From: Squalus acanthias
Taxonomy: Eukaryota
DNA length: 64,000 nt
Assembly (NCBI GenBank): GCA_030390025.1
Contig: CM059433.1
Location: 25,112,001-25,176,000 of the forward strand
Direction of reading: 5' to 3'
The translations under genes were made by a program, and so were the position numbers. The notes beneath the pieces were generated by a model, which worked only from the letters and a program-made list of their open reading frames with translations, was not told the DNA's origin and made no database searches. The stretch's first letter is position 1. Each line of letters begins with the position of its first letter. Positions 30,863 to 44,272 of the stretch are shown piece after piece.

Positions 30863-33418
30863 GGGGGAAAACTTCGTGTTCGCCAACAAAGTTGCTGGTG
30901 TCACCGGCAACTGCAGTTAACGGCTGCTGGAAATGGCCGCAACGCTAACCGAGTGAAATTGGTCTGGGGGGCATGAAGATAGATGGCGCAGCGCTCACCT
31001 TCCATGCAATGCCATCCTGGTGGCATTGCTGGAGGGATCCGGGACGAAGTTTCTGTCCAGGTCCGGCGTTGCAGCTTCTCACAGCCTCTGTGAGCAAAGC
31101 TGTGGAGCTCACAGGGAATTGTGGGTAATGAAGAGGTCTGAGATTTAAAGGGGCCATGCACACTGAAGCAATACAAAATAAAATGCAATCTTCAGCCCTT
31201 TCTGCCTTTTAAGAAATATTCAATATTTAAAAGAAGTTTCAAATGTGAATATTCAGCTGTTAAAGCTGAATTACCTTCCTAACCTCAACAAATGGGAAAA
31301 CTGCCTCAGCACTAACACAAATGGCTCAGCAAGCCAGGGAAGGGGCACCGAGGGTCTCACATGCAGCAGTCCAGCTTTGTGCAGGGGGTCAACACTGCAA
31401 GAGCAGGCCCTCTACCCACAGGGGCCAGGAGGCCCTCCAGAAAGAACGATGTGGGAGTAGATCGCGAAGGCCATCACTGCCAGCAGTGTCGCCTTCACCA
31501 CCTGGCTGTGGTACAGAGGGATCTGGGGGTCCTTGTACATGAAACACAAAAAGTTAGCATGCAGGTACAGTAAGCAATTAGGAAGGCAAATGGAATGTTG
31601 GCCTTTATTGCAAGGGGGATGGAGTATAAAAGTAGGGAAGTCTTGCTACAACTGTACAGGGCGTTGGTGAGACCACACCTGGAGTACTGCGTACAGTTTT
31701 GGTCTCCTTATTTAAGGAGGGATATACTTGCATTGGAGGCGTTCAGAGAAGGTTCACTAGGTTGATTCCTGAGATGAAGGGGTTGTCTTATGAACAGGTT
31801 GGGCCTATACTCATTGGAGTTTAGAAGAATGAGAGGTGATCTTATTGAAACGTATAAGATTCTGAGGGGGCTTGACAGGGTAGATGCAGAGAGGATGTTT
31901 CCCCTCGTGGGGAAATCTAGAACTAGGGGGCACAGTTTCAGAATAACGGGTCGCCCATTTAAAACGGAGATGAGGAGGAATTTCTTCTCTCAGAGGGTCG
32001 TGAAGCTTTGGAATTCTCTTCCCCAGAGAGCTGTGGAGGCTGGGTCATTGAATATATTTAAGGTGGAGATAGACAGATTTTTGAACGATAAGGGAGTCAA
32101 GGGTTATGGGGAGCGGGCAGGAAAGTGGAGTTGAGGCCAAGACCAGATCAGCCATGATCTTATTGAATGGCCTACTCCTGCTCCTATTTCTTATGTTCTT
32201 ATGTTCTTATGTTCTCCAGTGCTCAAAGAAGCTTCATAACCTCAGACCATAAGTCAAGGTCAGTGAATGCATCTTCAAAAGCCATCTCCTACCAACTACA
32301 CCACTAGCCTCACACACTGCTCAATGCACAACCCGCAATCACTCACCTACCAACAATCTGCACCAATGACGAGGCACATCTTCCATTCCTAGCCTCACCT
32401 CACCTCTTGGAGGAGGCAGTGCAGGCCATTCTTGGCAGGGGCATAGTTGAGCTCTTGGCCAGCGGCGGGGCTGAAAGGATACAAGATGCTGGTATCCTCA
32501 TATGTTATCCTCCTTCTAGCATGCACCTCTCGCTTTCCCGCCCTCCCGTCAACACAACTCCACCCTTGTGCCTTCCTCATTTCACAAACCCAAAAAATGC
32601 ACCTGCCCAGCCAATGGGTCAGCAAGAAGAGGCAGCCTGCCCAACCAGTGGGACCGCAGGTGGATGATTCCATCCCGGATATTCCGGCCACAAAGGGGCT
32701 ATCTGGGATGCATCCTTCCGGCTGATTCCTCCTCTTCGGCTTCCTCCTCTTCTGCGTCTTTCTCTTCTGCGTCTTCCGCTTCCCTCTGCAAGTGAATGCT
32801 GTAAATGTGAAATGACAGCATAAAATGCTGGAAATACTCAGTTGCTCAGGCAGCATGTCGACCTGAGATGTGAACTCTGTTTTTCTCTCCACGGATGTTG
32901 CGTGACCTGAGTATTCGCAGCATGTTCTGTCTTCTCAAAGACCTTCATTTACCATCTGAGCCCTTGCAAGCATCCAGCAGCACTCCCTACACACTTAAAA
33001 AACTTTTCACATCTATTGCAGCAAGCCACCACTTCAATAAAATAAAAAAAACCAGTCCAAACCCTTAAATTCAAACTTACCTGAATGATGTGTGTGTCCC
33101 TTTAAGAGCTGCAGATATCGCCACTGTCAGCCTGTTTGCACGCCAGCTTAGCCTGGCATGTTAGGACCCAGCGTTGAATTCAGCGCTAGGATCGAAGTTC
33201 GCATTGGTGACGTTAAGTTCGCGTTGTACGCCGATTGATGTCACCACGCCACAATTTTTTTTTTGCAGGGTGCTGCCAGTTACCGGCAGCGCAAAGGGGA
33301 AGAAGAATATGGCAGCCACCACGGGAACCGCCACCAGCTGGCAAGAGAGCAGCGGCCGCCATTTTATCACCATTTCATGGTGCTATGGAGTGGCGGTGAG
33401 TACATGAATTTCTAGCCC
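30863..33418 (+). mobile_element. Non-autonomous Harbinger derivative with a decayed Myb/SANT gene, interrupted by CR1
   Basis: Colinear similarity with 50100-51830. The QC.KK..L remnant is followed by AAG|GTCAGT; ends GAATTTCTAGCCC. Confidence 0.55.
31508..32213 (+). mobile_element. CR1 LINE, 5'-truncated
   Basis: Very similar to 22258-22990; (TTCTTATG)3 tail. Splits the CCTGGCT|CCAGTGC sequence that is intact near 50620. Confidence 0.95.
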
Positions 33419-35081
33419 TTTGTAACTTTGTAAACTACAAGGAATAGAAGAATATGCTGATAGGCTGAGATGAAGAGGGGTGGGAGGAGGCTCATGTGGA
33501 GCACAAACACCGGCATAGACCAGTTGGGCCCAATGGCCTGTTTCTGTGCTGTAACTTCTATGTAATTCTATGTAATACATGGCTGGGATACCTGGTGAAA
33601 TAGTGCACTGATTTACCTTGTCAATGACATTTAATATCTTGTATATTTCTATACTGCGACCTGTGCCACCTCTTTTCAAAGAGCTTTTATTTCTCCTGTC
33701 TTTCCTTTCGAAGGACTTCATAACCTGGAATATTAAGCTTCCATTACTGCCCAGCTTATAGCCGGGTCTCTGTAATGGCTGAATCTGTGCTTCTAATTTG
33801 CATATTTTATTCCTTCTGCTATGTGCATTTGTGTAGAGAATTATGATTTGGTTAACAGTCCCCACCCTGCCTGTATGTGATGATGGTCTGTTTCTCACAG
33901 TTGTTAACTTATCACACTTTTTCATATTTTTCAACATTCCTGTTTTAATTATATCAGGTATGTTATTAATTCCGATACAATTACCTGAACTTGGATTATT
34001 TATACCACTTTTTACACTCTGAGCTCTCATCCCTTCTCTTTCTCATCTTTAGATTGTTATCAGTTTGATCATTACAAACACCTGCATCCTCTGTAAACAC
34101 TAATGCTGTAATATTATTTAGCAGCACATGTATACGAGTTTTAGAAATAAGGGGGTCGATTTTGGTGTGGAGTGCAGATTGGGCAAGCAATGGCTGGGGT
34201 GTCTGCTCTGCCTCCCCCCAACCCCCATCAATGATGTTTGTGGGAGCCCTAATCCATGTTTGTGGTCAGGCCTCAGTTAAGTGTAATCAGAAAGCTGCCA
34301 GTGCTGATCATGCTTCCTGTAGGAAGCTCGCTGATTGGGAGGACGGGAAAAGGGGAGGAGCACTTTTCAATCCTGGTTAGTGGCAATCAATGTTCTGAAT
34401 CCACTGACTTCACTCAGGACCCCCAGATTTTCTGCTGGTGCCGTGGAGAGCAAGTGAACAGCACTTTCCCTCTGATGGGCACAGGATGCCTGGCAAACTA
34501 GCCAACAGCAATGGGGAGAGATGGCAGAGCACATCAATGCCAGAAACAGTGTACCTAGGACCCAATAGCAATGCGGCAAGAAACTTAGGGGGATAAATTT
34601 GGTTGGTTAGCGCCTCCCGTTAGCGCCTCCGGGGGGCGCTAACTGGACGCTAACAACTTACCGCCCAGGCGCAGTGATTTTAGCGCCACCAGCGAAATTG
34701 ACCTGGTGGTTTGCGGTGGCGCTAAACACTACCGCCACGATCTCCTGCACCCGGAGATCGTGACTTCATCCAAGCGCGCATCGCCCCGGTCGCGCCCCGG
34801 ACCGGAAATTGATTCTTGCCCCTGCCTCAGCGCCTGCTGCTAGGAACGACAGGTAGAGGGGGACGGTTTGCAGTCGGCTGGGAGCTGGGGGAGCGCTATT
34901 TAAAGGCGTGCGCTTCCTGCTTTTTCCTGTCGGCAATCAATTCTGCATACGCAGGTTGAGAGAGGGAGAGAGGCGTCTGGAGACATTTAACGCTATCCTA
35001 CTTGAAGGAGTTTTCTTCGTCAGCAAGACTTTTCAGGTTCCCATTTCTGTCAGTTTTATTACTACCACATTTAGAAGATTT

Positions 35082-36224
35082 AATGGGGGCTGTACTAGCA
35101 CGGGGCCTTGTCCTCCAGCTTCACCATCAGAGGCAGCGGAGGCAGAGAGAGAGAGTGGAAAACGTGGCCAGAGGGAGGAGGGCCAACAGGGCTCTCCACA
35201 GGATGCCTTACCCTCCCAGGGTATTCCGGGAGCAATTCTCATATAGCCATCTGTCTCAGGAGCAGTTTATTAGAAGGCTCCGCTTCAGCAAGGAGGTGGT
35301 CACAGAGCTCTGCCACCTCCTGCAGCCAGAGCTCCAGCCTCAGCTCAGGACCAGGACGTCTCTCTCAGTGGCAGTGAAGGTGACAGTCGCTCTCAATTTC
35401 TACACCAGCGGCTCCTTCCAGGCTTCAACAGAGGATATTGCCAACATCTCCCAGTTCGCTGTCCATTGCTGCATCTGGGAGGTCACAAATGCTCTATACA
35501 AAAGGAGAAGGAAGTACATCTCATTCCCCATGACCCGAGACAAACAGCGTGAATGTGCATGTGGTTTTGCTAGGATAGTGGGCTTCCCCATGGTTCAGGG
35601 CGCCATTGACTGCACCCACGTGGCATTGGGGCACCTCATGAAAATGCAGAGGTTTTCCGCAACCGCAAAGACTTCCACTCTCTGAACGTCCAGTTGGAGT
35701 GCAACCACAGACAGCACATCCTCACCGTCAATGCCCACTATCCTGGCAGCAGCCACGATGCATTCATCCTGCGCCAGACTGGTGTCCCAGACCTGTTCCA
35801 ACCACCGCATCAACCACTCTGCTCCTGGCTGATGACACCGCTCCGTAACCCCAACACTCCTGCTGAGCTCGCCCACAATAAGAGCCATAGCGCCACTAGG
35901 AACCTCATTGAACAGACGATCGGCGTGCTGAAGCAACGGTTCCGCTGTCTTGACCACTCTGGAGGAGCCCTGCAGTACTCCCCCGATCGAGTATCGGTTT
36001 TCATTGTTGTGTGCTGCACGCTTCACAACCTCGCAATTCTGAGGACCCAGCCATTGCCACCAGGGATTGGTGCACCACCTCAGGAGGAGGAAGAGGGAGA
36101 GGAGGAGGAGGAGGCAGAGGAGGAGGATGAAGAGGAGGATGAGCAGCAACAATGTGGGAGGGAGGCGCTCAATGTTGCTTTTGCAAGGGCCGTTCGTGAA
36201 TGCCTCATAAGACAGCGCTTCTGA
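35082..36224 (+). pseudogene. Harbinger DDE transposase (HARBI1-like), frameshifted
   Basis: RLRFSKEVV, VKVTVALNFYTSGSFQ, GFPMVQGAIDCTHV, YPGSSHDAFIL, IEQTIGVLKQRFRCLD and CCTLHN. Frameshift near 35630; the DxGY segment is deleted. Confidence 0.92.
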
Positions 36225-36510
36225 TGAATGACAGAGGAGATGGCTTTTGGGATCAACAAGCACTCGGGTGGTTAGGGTGAGTAGATGCTTGAAATACCTC
36301 TACATCCCACCATCGTCGGCGACCTCAATCAACTCCAACTGGATGCGTGAAGGCCCTGTGGGAGATTAAACACATGAATGAGTACTGTCAAAGTAAGAAT
36401 GTTTGAAGTTATCATTATGAACAGGATCATATTTCACTCGCTGTTGACATCAAGTCAACATGACTGAGTGTTGTATGCCATGTGGCTGTCTGATATTTAA
36501 TTCTGTCAGC

Positions 36511-38840
36511 AGGTAGCTGCGATGCCCCCATTTCCTCATCTCCGACGGCCAGGCACGCCGAGACTCCATTGATCTCCAGCGCCTCCTCCTCCTCTGCAGT
36601 TGTTAATTGCGAGATGGCTGGATGGCCACCTTCGGTTCTCTGCCTCTTCCTGATGTTCTCTGCTCTCTTCTCCTGCAAGGAGAGAAAGAAGAGACCTATG
36701 AGTGAGAGTAATGGCATGTGTTCACCTGATGGATGGAGATCATTTGTTGAGGGTGACTTTTGTAGAATTCGCAAATTATCGCAATTTCGAAATAACGAGA
36801 TAGAGACATACAGTTTCGTATAAACAGCTTTATTTCAGCAAAATGCTGTCAGGTTCAAAAACGGACACAAGAAGCCTGTAAAATGGCCGCCGCGCCTCGT
36901 GGCAGAAGGTTCTAGATTTTCAGTAGGCAGACAAGATGGCGTTTCAATAAACATTTCAGCAAGATCGGACAGTACTCAGCATATTGATATAAAGCAAGAC
37001 GCGATCGATTTGCATTTTGACACATAAGCAAGAAATATAAGTGCTGGAGTCGGTTTTCCATGCACAAACGAGGGCTATTGTACTGAGCAATCAAGGGCCC
37101 ATCCAAAGACATTGATACGCAAATTCCCCGTGGCTCTACGATGAGAGAGCCGTTCGTGGGTACTCACAGCAAGAATTCGGAGGCCCCCAAAACCCCTCCA
37201 GGGAGACTCCTAGCCGGTTCCACAATGGGAGAAATATTAACGGGTACTTAGACAGTTACAAGTATCACCGAAACCCATTAACGACAAGTATCACCCATAC
37301 AAGAAGTTTGAGCGCCAAAACATGACAAAAGATGAACATTAAGATTGGGCGGGAGATAAAGAATTACAGTACTATAACTGTAGTGAACAAACGTCCATCT
37401 TTCTCTTGACTCTTATCCTCTCGACTCGCATGCCTGACGACTTGTGACTTGGGCTCTTGCTGCCCACCGAACTCTGGTTCCGCTGATCTTCCGGGAGTCA
37501 ACCTCGTGGCTTGCCGCGAAGATCTGTGAAGAGCTAGACTGCGAAGGCCGGTAAGCGGGTGCACCATCCCGAGGGTCGGTAAACGGTGTAAGGACTCGAA
37601 GGCCCGACGAAACGAAACAAGACAAGAAGAAGAAGAAGACGACTACACGTGCCGCCGCGGTCAGTAAACCCCGACCGCGCCCGAACTATAAAGACCATTC
37701 TTGAACTCTACAGGTTATCACACGAATTCTACCGCCAACCGGTGTCGGGCACAGGAAGACTCTTCTTTGAGTTTTATCAGGAGTCCGAGGTCAACACAGA
37801 TCTTCATGACAGCAGACGGTCCAGCCCGCTAGCCGGACCAGAGCGAGTAAACAAGTGAGGTGCAGAGACCCCTGGTCCACACGTGGACGGTCAGGTGCTG
37901 CAACGAAAGCATCCGAGCATCGTTTTAGAATTCTCCGAGTTATCACGAGTGGTGAGCATGGTTCTCGATCCTACAGATCTAGATTAGGACAGGTATTGAT
38001 AGGGGAGGGTTTTGTTTTAAGGATAATTATAATGTGTGTCCCCTTTTACGATGTGTCGTGCGCTCCTCGTTTCCCTAAACCTAGTTTCGTAAATGTATGT
38101 AAGCTTGTACTATCATTAATCTGTGCTTATGACATGTATTTCGCAATCTTGAACAATATGCAATAAAGATTTTCCATTTCGTACTATTCAACCGGGTCTA
38201 CCTGAGTTTTCTCTGCATTACTGCTCTCGCACCTAAGTCCAGTGTCAGAACCGTAAGAGCGAGTGGGTCGAACCACTCACAGGTGTCTAGTGCTACCAGG
38301 CTGGCTGGAGACCAGAACAGGCAACAAGGCCTAACCCCGCACTAGCACCCAGGATAAGCACAGAGCCACCCGAACCCCTTACACTTTGAGGGAGAGGCAT
38401 GACATTGCATAAGGATGAGGGTGAATGTCAGTGGTGGATGGATAGATGGGGATGTGCGTAAGTGCATAGACAGAGAGAGATGGGTGCACCTGCAAGGTAA
38501 GTTGGTGTGAGGAATGATGTGCTGCAGTAGGCTTGAGAAGGCAGAGTGAGTGGGTTGGGGTGATACGCACATCAGGATACAGGTGAATGTGCCACAGCTC
38601 TCACCTTTGCTGCCCTGGTTAGGTCATTGAACCGCTTCCTGCATTGGATCCAGGAGTGTGGCACTACACTCCTGCTGCTGACCTCTTCTGCCACCTTCAG
38701 CCATGCCTTCTTGGTTTCCCCAGCAGGCTTCTTCCTCCCATTGCTAGGGAAGAGTATCTCCCTCCAGGTCCTCACATCCCCCAGCAGTACCAGGAGGTGT
38801 CTGTGAAGTGGGCCACAGCCTTTGAGCATTTCACTTCCAT
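36511..38840 (-). pseudogene. Harbinger Myb/SANT-like DNA-binding protein gene, at least 2 exons, with a solo LTR in the intron
   Basis: Exon KKAWLKVAEEVSSRSVVPHSWIQCRKRFNDLTRAAK|gtgag (~38605-38840) and exon ttgcag|EKRAENIRKRQRTEGG (~36511-36672). Confidence 0.8.
36761..38383 (+). mobile_element. Solo LTR, diverged member of the provirus family
   Basis: TGTAGAATTCGC...CCCTTACA, CTTT TSD on both sides, colinear with 3276-4848. Confidence 0.95.
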
Positions 38841-39496
38841 TTCTGACCTTCCTTCTCTCTTCTTCCCAACTCCAACTCCTTCAACTTCCATCTTTGGATT
38901 GTCCCTTTAAATGCTGGAGTTGAGATCGTGTCTGAATCCAGCCCACTGGTTCTGTCAGGTTGGCTATATCAAAGGACAATAGATATATCCTCATCACTTT
39001 TTATTGTGAGTTGTTGAAAGTCTTACAGTGTAGCCTTCTAATCATTGTACCTGGCTGTATGATGATTTTCTTATTTGCATTGAAATTGTAAAGAATAATA
39101 ATTTTACATCCAGTTTGGTATAATTTGCTTTTTAATCCATCGTATCAGACCACCCAATGCCATACCTTTTGTATTAGTGGACCTCAGCTAATGACAATGA
39201 ACCTGACTATAATATTGAATACACCATAACATTTTCATTATTGTTTTAATTTAAGACGTGCCAGCTTCATTAATCAAACTGCCCCTCACCATTGAAATAG
39301 TATTTTAATTGCTTCTTAACTATTCTACAGTCTCTTTGCAAACCTTTCCTTTTCAATTTTATGTCCTTACACTACATCTTTCCCCCCACTGCTGCTGCAA
39401 CCCTTTGCCAACTCCAGACTCTCCTTGCCAGCCACCTAAATTCTGTCCTTCACAAATTGCAACATCCAAAAATCCTCTGTCACCCTCCTATCCTTT

Positions 39497-39825
39497 TTTA
39501 AAATTCATTCATGGAATGTGGGCTTCGCTGGCAAGGCCAGCATTTATTGCCCATCCCTAATTGCCCTTGAGAAGGTGGTGGTTAGCTGCCACCTTGAACC
39601 GCTGCAGTCCGTGTGGTGAAGGTACTCCCACAGTGCTGTTAGGGAGGGAGTTCCCGGATTTTGACCCAGCGACGATGAAGGAACGGCGATATATTTCCAA
39701 GTCAGGATGGTGTGTGACTTGGAGGGGAGCTGGGAGGTGGTGTTATTCCCATGCGCCTGCTGCTGCCCTTGTCCTTTTAGGTGGAAGAGGTCACCAGTTT
39801 GGGAGGTGCTGTCGGAGAAGCCTAC
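39497..39825 (-). mobile_element. LINE 3' fragment (CR1/L2 group), copy 1
   Basis: KSHTILTWKYIAVPSS block, repeated at 43985-44170 and 57290-57590. Confidence 0.7.
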
Positions 39826-41015
39826 AGTAAGTCCTGCTCCCAATTGCCCCTACCCTCACCAAACGTTATTGGCCCCATTCCCCAACTCATAGATATCAAT
39901 CTCTTGTCCTTATGTACAAGTCCCTCTGTGGCCTCGCCCCCTCCCTATCTCTACAACCTCCTCCAGCCCTAAGTTCCAGCTCTGGTTTTCTGACTCAGGC
40001 CTCCTTTACATCGAATCCTCCCATCTTTCAAAAGCCTCCTCAAAACCCACCTCTTTGATCACGCCTCAGTCACTGGGCGGGGGACATTAAAATGGAGCAG
40101 GAGCCTTAATTACCCCAAACCCGCCGACTACAATTTTAAATTGAAGGTGCAAAGGAAACTCTGAAGCCGATGGAGTCCTTCTTTAAATATGCCTCATACC
40201 GTTACCAGAGAGGGGAAGCGGCTGCAACTTTCCCGACAGGTTGAAGCTAGTGGGAGGAGGATCAGCAGAAGAGGCTCCTTTAGGTAAGTTTATTCTTCTC
40301 TTTTGTTGGCCCAGGAGGAGCAGGAGTACTCGTTCAGTCTCCACAAGGGAAGTGTATGCCTCCTCTGTCCGAACTTCACCCCCTTCACAAACCATGGAGC
40401 GCCCAGGAACCCCCGTCCAGCCTGTCCTCGCACTTACCTTGGGCCCGGTTGGCAGCCTCTGAGAAGCCTGATCTTAACAGCTGGGCAGCCACTTCCCACC
40501 GACTTCCTGGCCGTTTTTGTCAGGAAGTTGTGCCAGCTTAATGAGGCTCAGCTGGTAAAATCGACTGGGCCTCCCACTACCGCTCTCGGACAGGTCAGCT
40601 GCTCGTTGGGCCGCTTTCCCATCCGGGAATTAAAATTTTCCCCTATGAGCCAAACGGCCTCTTTCTGTGCTGTAAACTGTGATGGGTCTATGGTTCTAGT
40701 TGCATTCTCACTGACAAGTAAGAGCAGCATGACAGAGCTGCCCAGTTCCAGAAGACAGCTGACGTTCTGAAAGTACACGCAGGCCTAGAAATTCAACGAC
40801 AACGCGCCTGTTTTTGTGGCGCTAAACAGGCAGCCAAGCTTCTAAAAGGGTGGGCAGGAAGCGCGCCCATCACGAGCCAAAAGTGCGCCGCCCGTCATAT
40901 TGGTATAGGCAAAAAAATAGGCATCCAGAGCTTGCGCCTGAAACAGGCGTTAGTCTCTTTACATATGCAGGTAAAGGGCCTCATGCCTGTCTGAGACCCC
41001 CTGTGCAAAGACTAT

Positions 41016-41673
41016 GGGCTGTATTTTGATACTGGGGCGGGTTGGAGTCGTGTCATCCACCCGACTGCAATTGGATGTGGGAGATTGATGCAATTTTCAC
41101 CTAATTGGGCAATTGAGTTCCAGCATGTGGGAACCCATGACCAATTAGTGTTTTCAGTCTGAAAGTCGCCTCTGATAATGACATCATTGCTGCTGCATTG
41201 AAGGTCTTCAGAGACTGCCTGGCCTTTGCTGTGAGAGGACCTGGATGCAGAGAGAGAGAGAGCGAGAGAGAGAGAGAGCCTGAAGGCAAAATGAGCAGCA
41301 GCAGCCCTAGGTCTGCTCCCAGATATTTTTCCTACTACTACTACTTCTCCATTGTAATAGTGGACCTGCAGCTGATAGTCAGCTTTCGAAATGTGCTCCC
41401 GCCAGGTTTCACAATCGTGGTTCAGAACAGGCGTGCTTCACGTAGAACAAGGGTTAAAATCACAAAGGCCTTTCAAAATGGCATTATAGAGGCAATTTAG
41501 TGCTTGTTAAGGGCCTTATCAGCCTATCCGACCTCTTAGAGGTGGAACAGAGTCGGGACCAGCAGACACGATTTAATGAAAATTGCGTGGAGGCGGGATG
41601 GAGGCGGACTTGTGCCCGCCCGCCAGTTTTCGCAATTTTAAACCCCCTCCACGGGTCAATGAAAATCCAGCCC
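41016..41673. mobile_element. Harbinger-type MITE, uninterrupted relative of the provirus host element
   Basis: GGGCTGTATTTT...AAAATCCAGCCC with TAT on both sides; reverse-complement similarity to 12420-13112. Confidence 0.85.
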
Positions 41674-42632
41674 TATGGTAGTACCTTCAATATCAGTCAT
41701 CTGCTGGGGTTATCTGAAAGCAAAGAGAAACTGGAGGGACGACTTCTCAGAGACCAAAGCTAATCTATTCAGCCCTGGCTAATACCATTGGTGTGGTACC
41801 CATGGACATAATCAGATACAAGGACCAGGATTATTGTTGTGCCAGCTGTTTAACCATGTCTACACAGATCTGGCTAGTAGACTGCTCAACGCTCCTTGCA
41901 GGCAATTTTGCCCAGACTCAAGTGACTCCAATAGATACCACAGCTCAGACAGCAATCTCCTTGTAGCAGCAGGCCCAGTGAAGCCTGAATCCCACTGTTA
42001 TGTGTTGGATGCTCTGGGCAGCAGATGCTTGTTCCTCACCTGTCGCCATCACTTGTTGCTCCTCAGTTGTGAACTGTGAATGCAGCTTCCTCAACCTCAT
42101 TCGGGGTGATTCCACAATCCGGAGCTGCCAGTGTCGGATCGATGCTCGCAGGGAGGGCATCTTGGAAAAATGTGGGCACGTAACCTTTAATTCTCCATCC
42201 ATTAAAATTAACAGCAAGAAACGCTTGGCCTGCGTCGCCACGCACCAGTGAATGGGTTCAAATGCCTGGTGCAGCCATTTAACTGCTGCTCTTGTGTGTT
42301 AATCATTGATGGCTGTTTTTGCAGGCAGAAGGTTGCACAGTTTTATAAACACAGCTAGAAACAGTGACATCAGCTGTTAACGGGCCAACAAGAATTCTCC
42401 CAACAAACTTTAGTAACTTGGAGTTAACCTCCAAATATTGCATCGATTGCAAAGTCTAGGCTTTCGCATCAAATTTGTCTATGATAATGAGAAGGTTTCC
42501 ACTGTAATTAAAATGTCATTCTAAATGATACTTACCTTATCAGCCACTAACTCCTTAAAATCAAGTTATAGTTTACAGCTGACTACCTTTCCAGAAAGTT
42601 ATTCTCAAAAATGTATTGATACTGTTAAAAGT

Positions 42633-44272
42633 ACCCCATTGGATTGAAGGGGCAGTGGCAGTGTGGATATGAGTTTGGCTAAGAGACAGAAAGCAGGGAG
42701 TAGTGGTGAACGGTTGTTTCCCAGACTGGGGGGAAGTACACAGTGGTGTCCCCAGGGGTCCACTGCTCTTTTTGATATACATTAATGACCTGGACTTGGG
42801 TATACAGGACATAATTTCAAAGTTTTCAGATGACACTAAACTCATAAATATAGTAAACAGTGAGGAGGATAGTAACAGACTTCAGGAGGACATAGATAGA
42901 CTGGGGAAATGGACAGACATGTTGCAGATGAAATTTAACACAGAGAAGTGTGAGGTGATACATTTTGGCAGAATGAGGAGAGGCAATAGAAACGAAATGG
43001 TATAATTTTAAAGGGGGTGCAGGAACAGAGAGACCTGGGGGTGTACGTACACAAATCTTTGAAGGTGGCGGGACAAGTTGATAGTTCGGAGGATCCAACA
43101 GCCAGTCTGTGAAATCGACAATGAGGATGTCGGCTCTCCCGATCCAGAGAGGATGAAAGCTGTAGGAAGAAAACAAGGTAAGTGAACAATTTTTTACACT
43201 TATCACTCACCTTACATACTTACCACTCCACACTTGCACCCGTCACTCACCTCTACATCTTACTTCCAGGTGCCTCCGACCGCCGCAGACCTCCTCCACG
43301 TCTCCTCCAACCCGGCGGGGTTCTCCGAGGTCGGGAAGCCTTCACCTGTGATGGTAAAATGGCACTAATCCTTTTTTCTGCCTGTTAACTACCTGTTAAC
43401 AGGCAGTTAAAAGAATTAAATGCCTTTCCCGCCTCCAGGAGATGGGACCCGAAGCAGCACATCTTCCCGCCTCCTGGCAAAAGAGCACGGAGGCGGGGTG
43501 GGGGGGGGCTTTGCCATCCACCCCCACTTTCTGCTACTTTACCGGCAGTCCCGCCTCCATGCCCGCCTCCTCGGGGCTTGGAAACTCCAGCCCATAGACT
43601 ACAAAAGCAAGGAAGTTCTGCTAAACCTTTATAAGTCACTGGTTCAGCCTCAGCTGAAGTAGTGGCCTAGAAATTCATCTCGGGCGGCGGCGCAATGCGG
43701 GCGGTATCGGATCGGCCGCCCGTTATATACAGCACCTGATATTCAGTTCCAGTGACTGCGGGCGGCCGATCCGACACTTCCCGTTTTGCGCCACCGCCCG
43801 GGACAAATTTCTAGGCCCATGTGTCTAATTCTGGGCGCCACACTTTAGGAAGGATGTCGAGGCCTTGGAGAGGGTGCAGAAGAGATTTACTAGAATGGTA
43901 CTAGGGATGAGGAAATTCAGTTATGCGGAGAGACTGGAGAAGCTGGGATTGTTTTCCTCCGCGCAGAGAAAGTTAAGGGGAGATTTTTTTTAATTCGTTC
44001 CTGCCTGGGATGTGGGCGTCGCTGGCAAGGCCAGCATTTATTGCCCATCCCTAATTGCCCTTGAGAAGGTGGTGGTGAGCCGCCTTCTTGAACCGCTGCA
44101 GTCCGTGTGGTGAAGGTACTCCCACAGTGCTGTTAGGGAGGGAGTTCCAGGATTTTGACCCAGCGACGATTGAATAGAGGTGTTCAAAATCATGAAGGGT
44201 TTTGATAGAGTAAATAAGGAGAAACTGTTTCCAGTGGCAGGAGGTTCAGTAACCAGAGGACAGAAATGTAAG
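42633..44272 (+). mobile_element. CR1 LINE RT fragment interrupted by two MITEs and a LINE tail
   Basis: SGVPRGPLLFLIYINDLD and KFSDDTK. Resumes after insertions at ~43090-43593, 43664-43818 and 43985-44170. Confidence 0.85.
43664..43818. mobile_element. Short palindromic MITE
   Basis: GGCCTAGAAATT...AATTTCTAGGCC with inner inverted arms CGGGCGG.GGCGCAA and TCGGATCGGCCGCCCG. Confidence 0.8.

Larger units (their letters stand above)
34588..38944. mobile_element. Harbinger transposon relic with convergent transposase and Myb/SANT genes
   Basis: Left terminus GGGGGATAAATTT after TTA; transposase on plus and spliced Myb gene on minus. The right end is uncertain. Confidence 0.7.

Noticed and set aside
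33383..34030. 215-aa ORF as a host gene
   Set aside because: A patchwork of decayed CR1 pieces (ILYTNAHS, IEIYKILN) and a CR1 3' UTR.
35002..36224. Domesticated host HARBI1 gene
   Set aside because: It is frameshifted, lacks a catalytic-region segment, lies inside a TIR-bearing element and has several decayed paralogues nearby.
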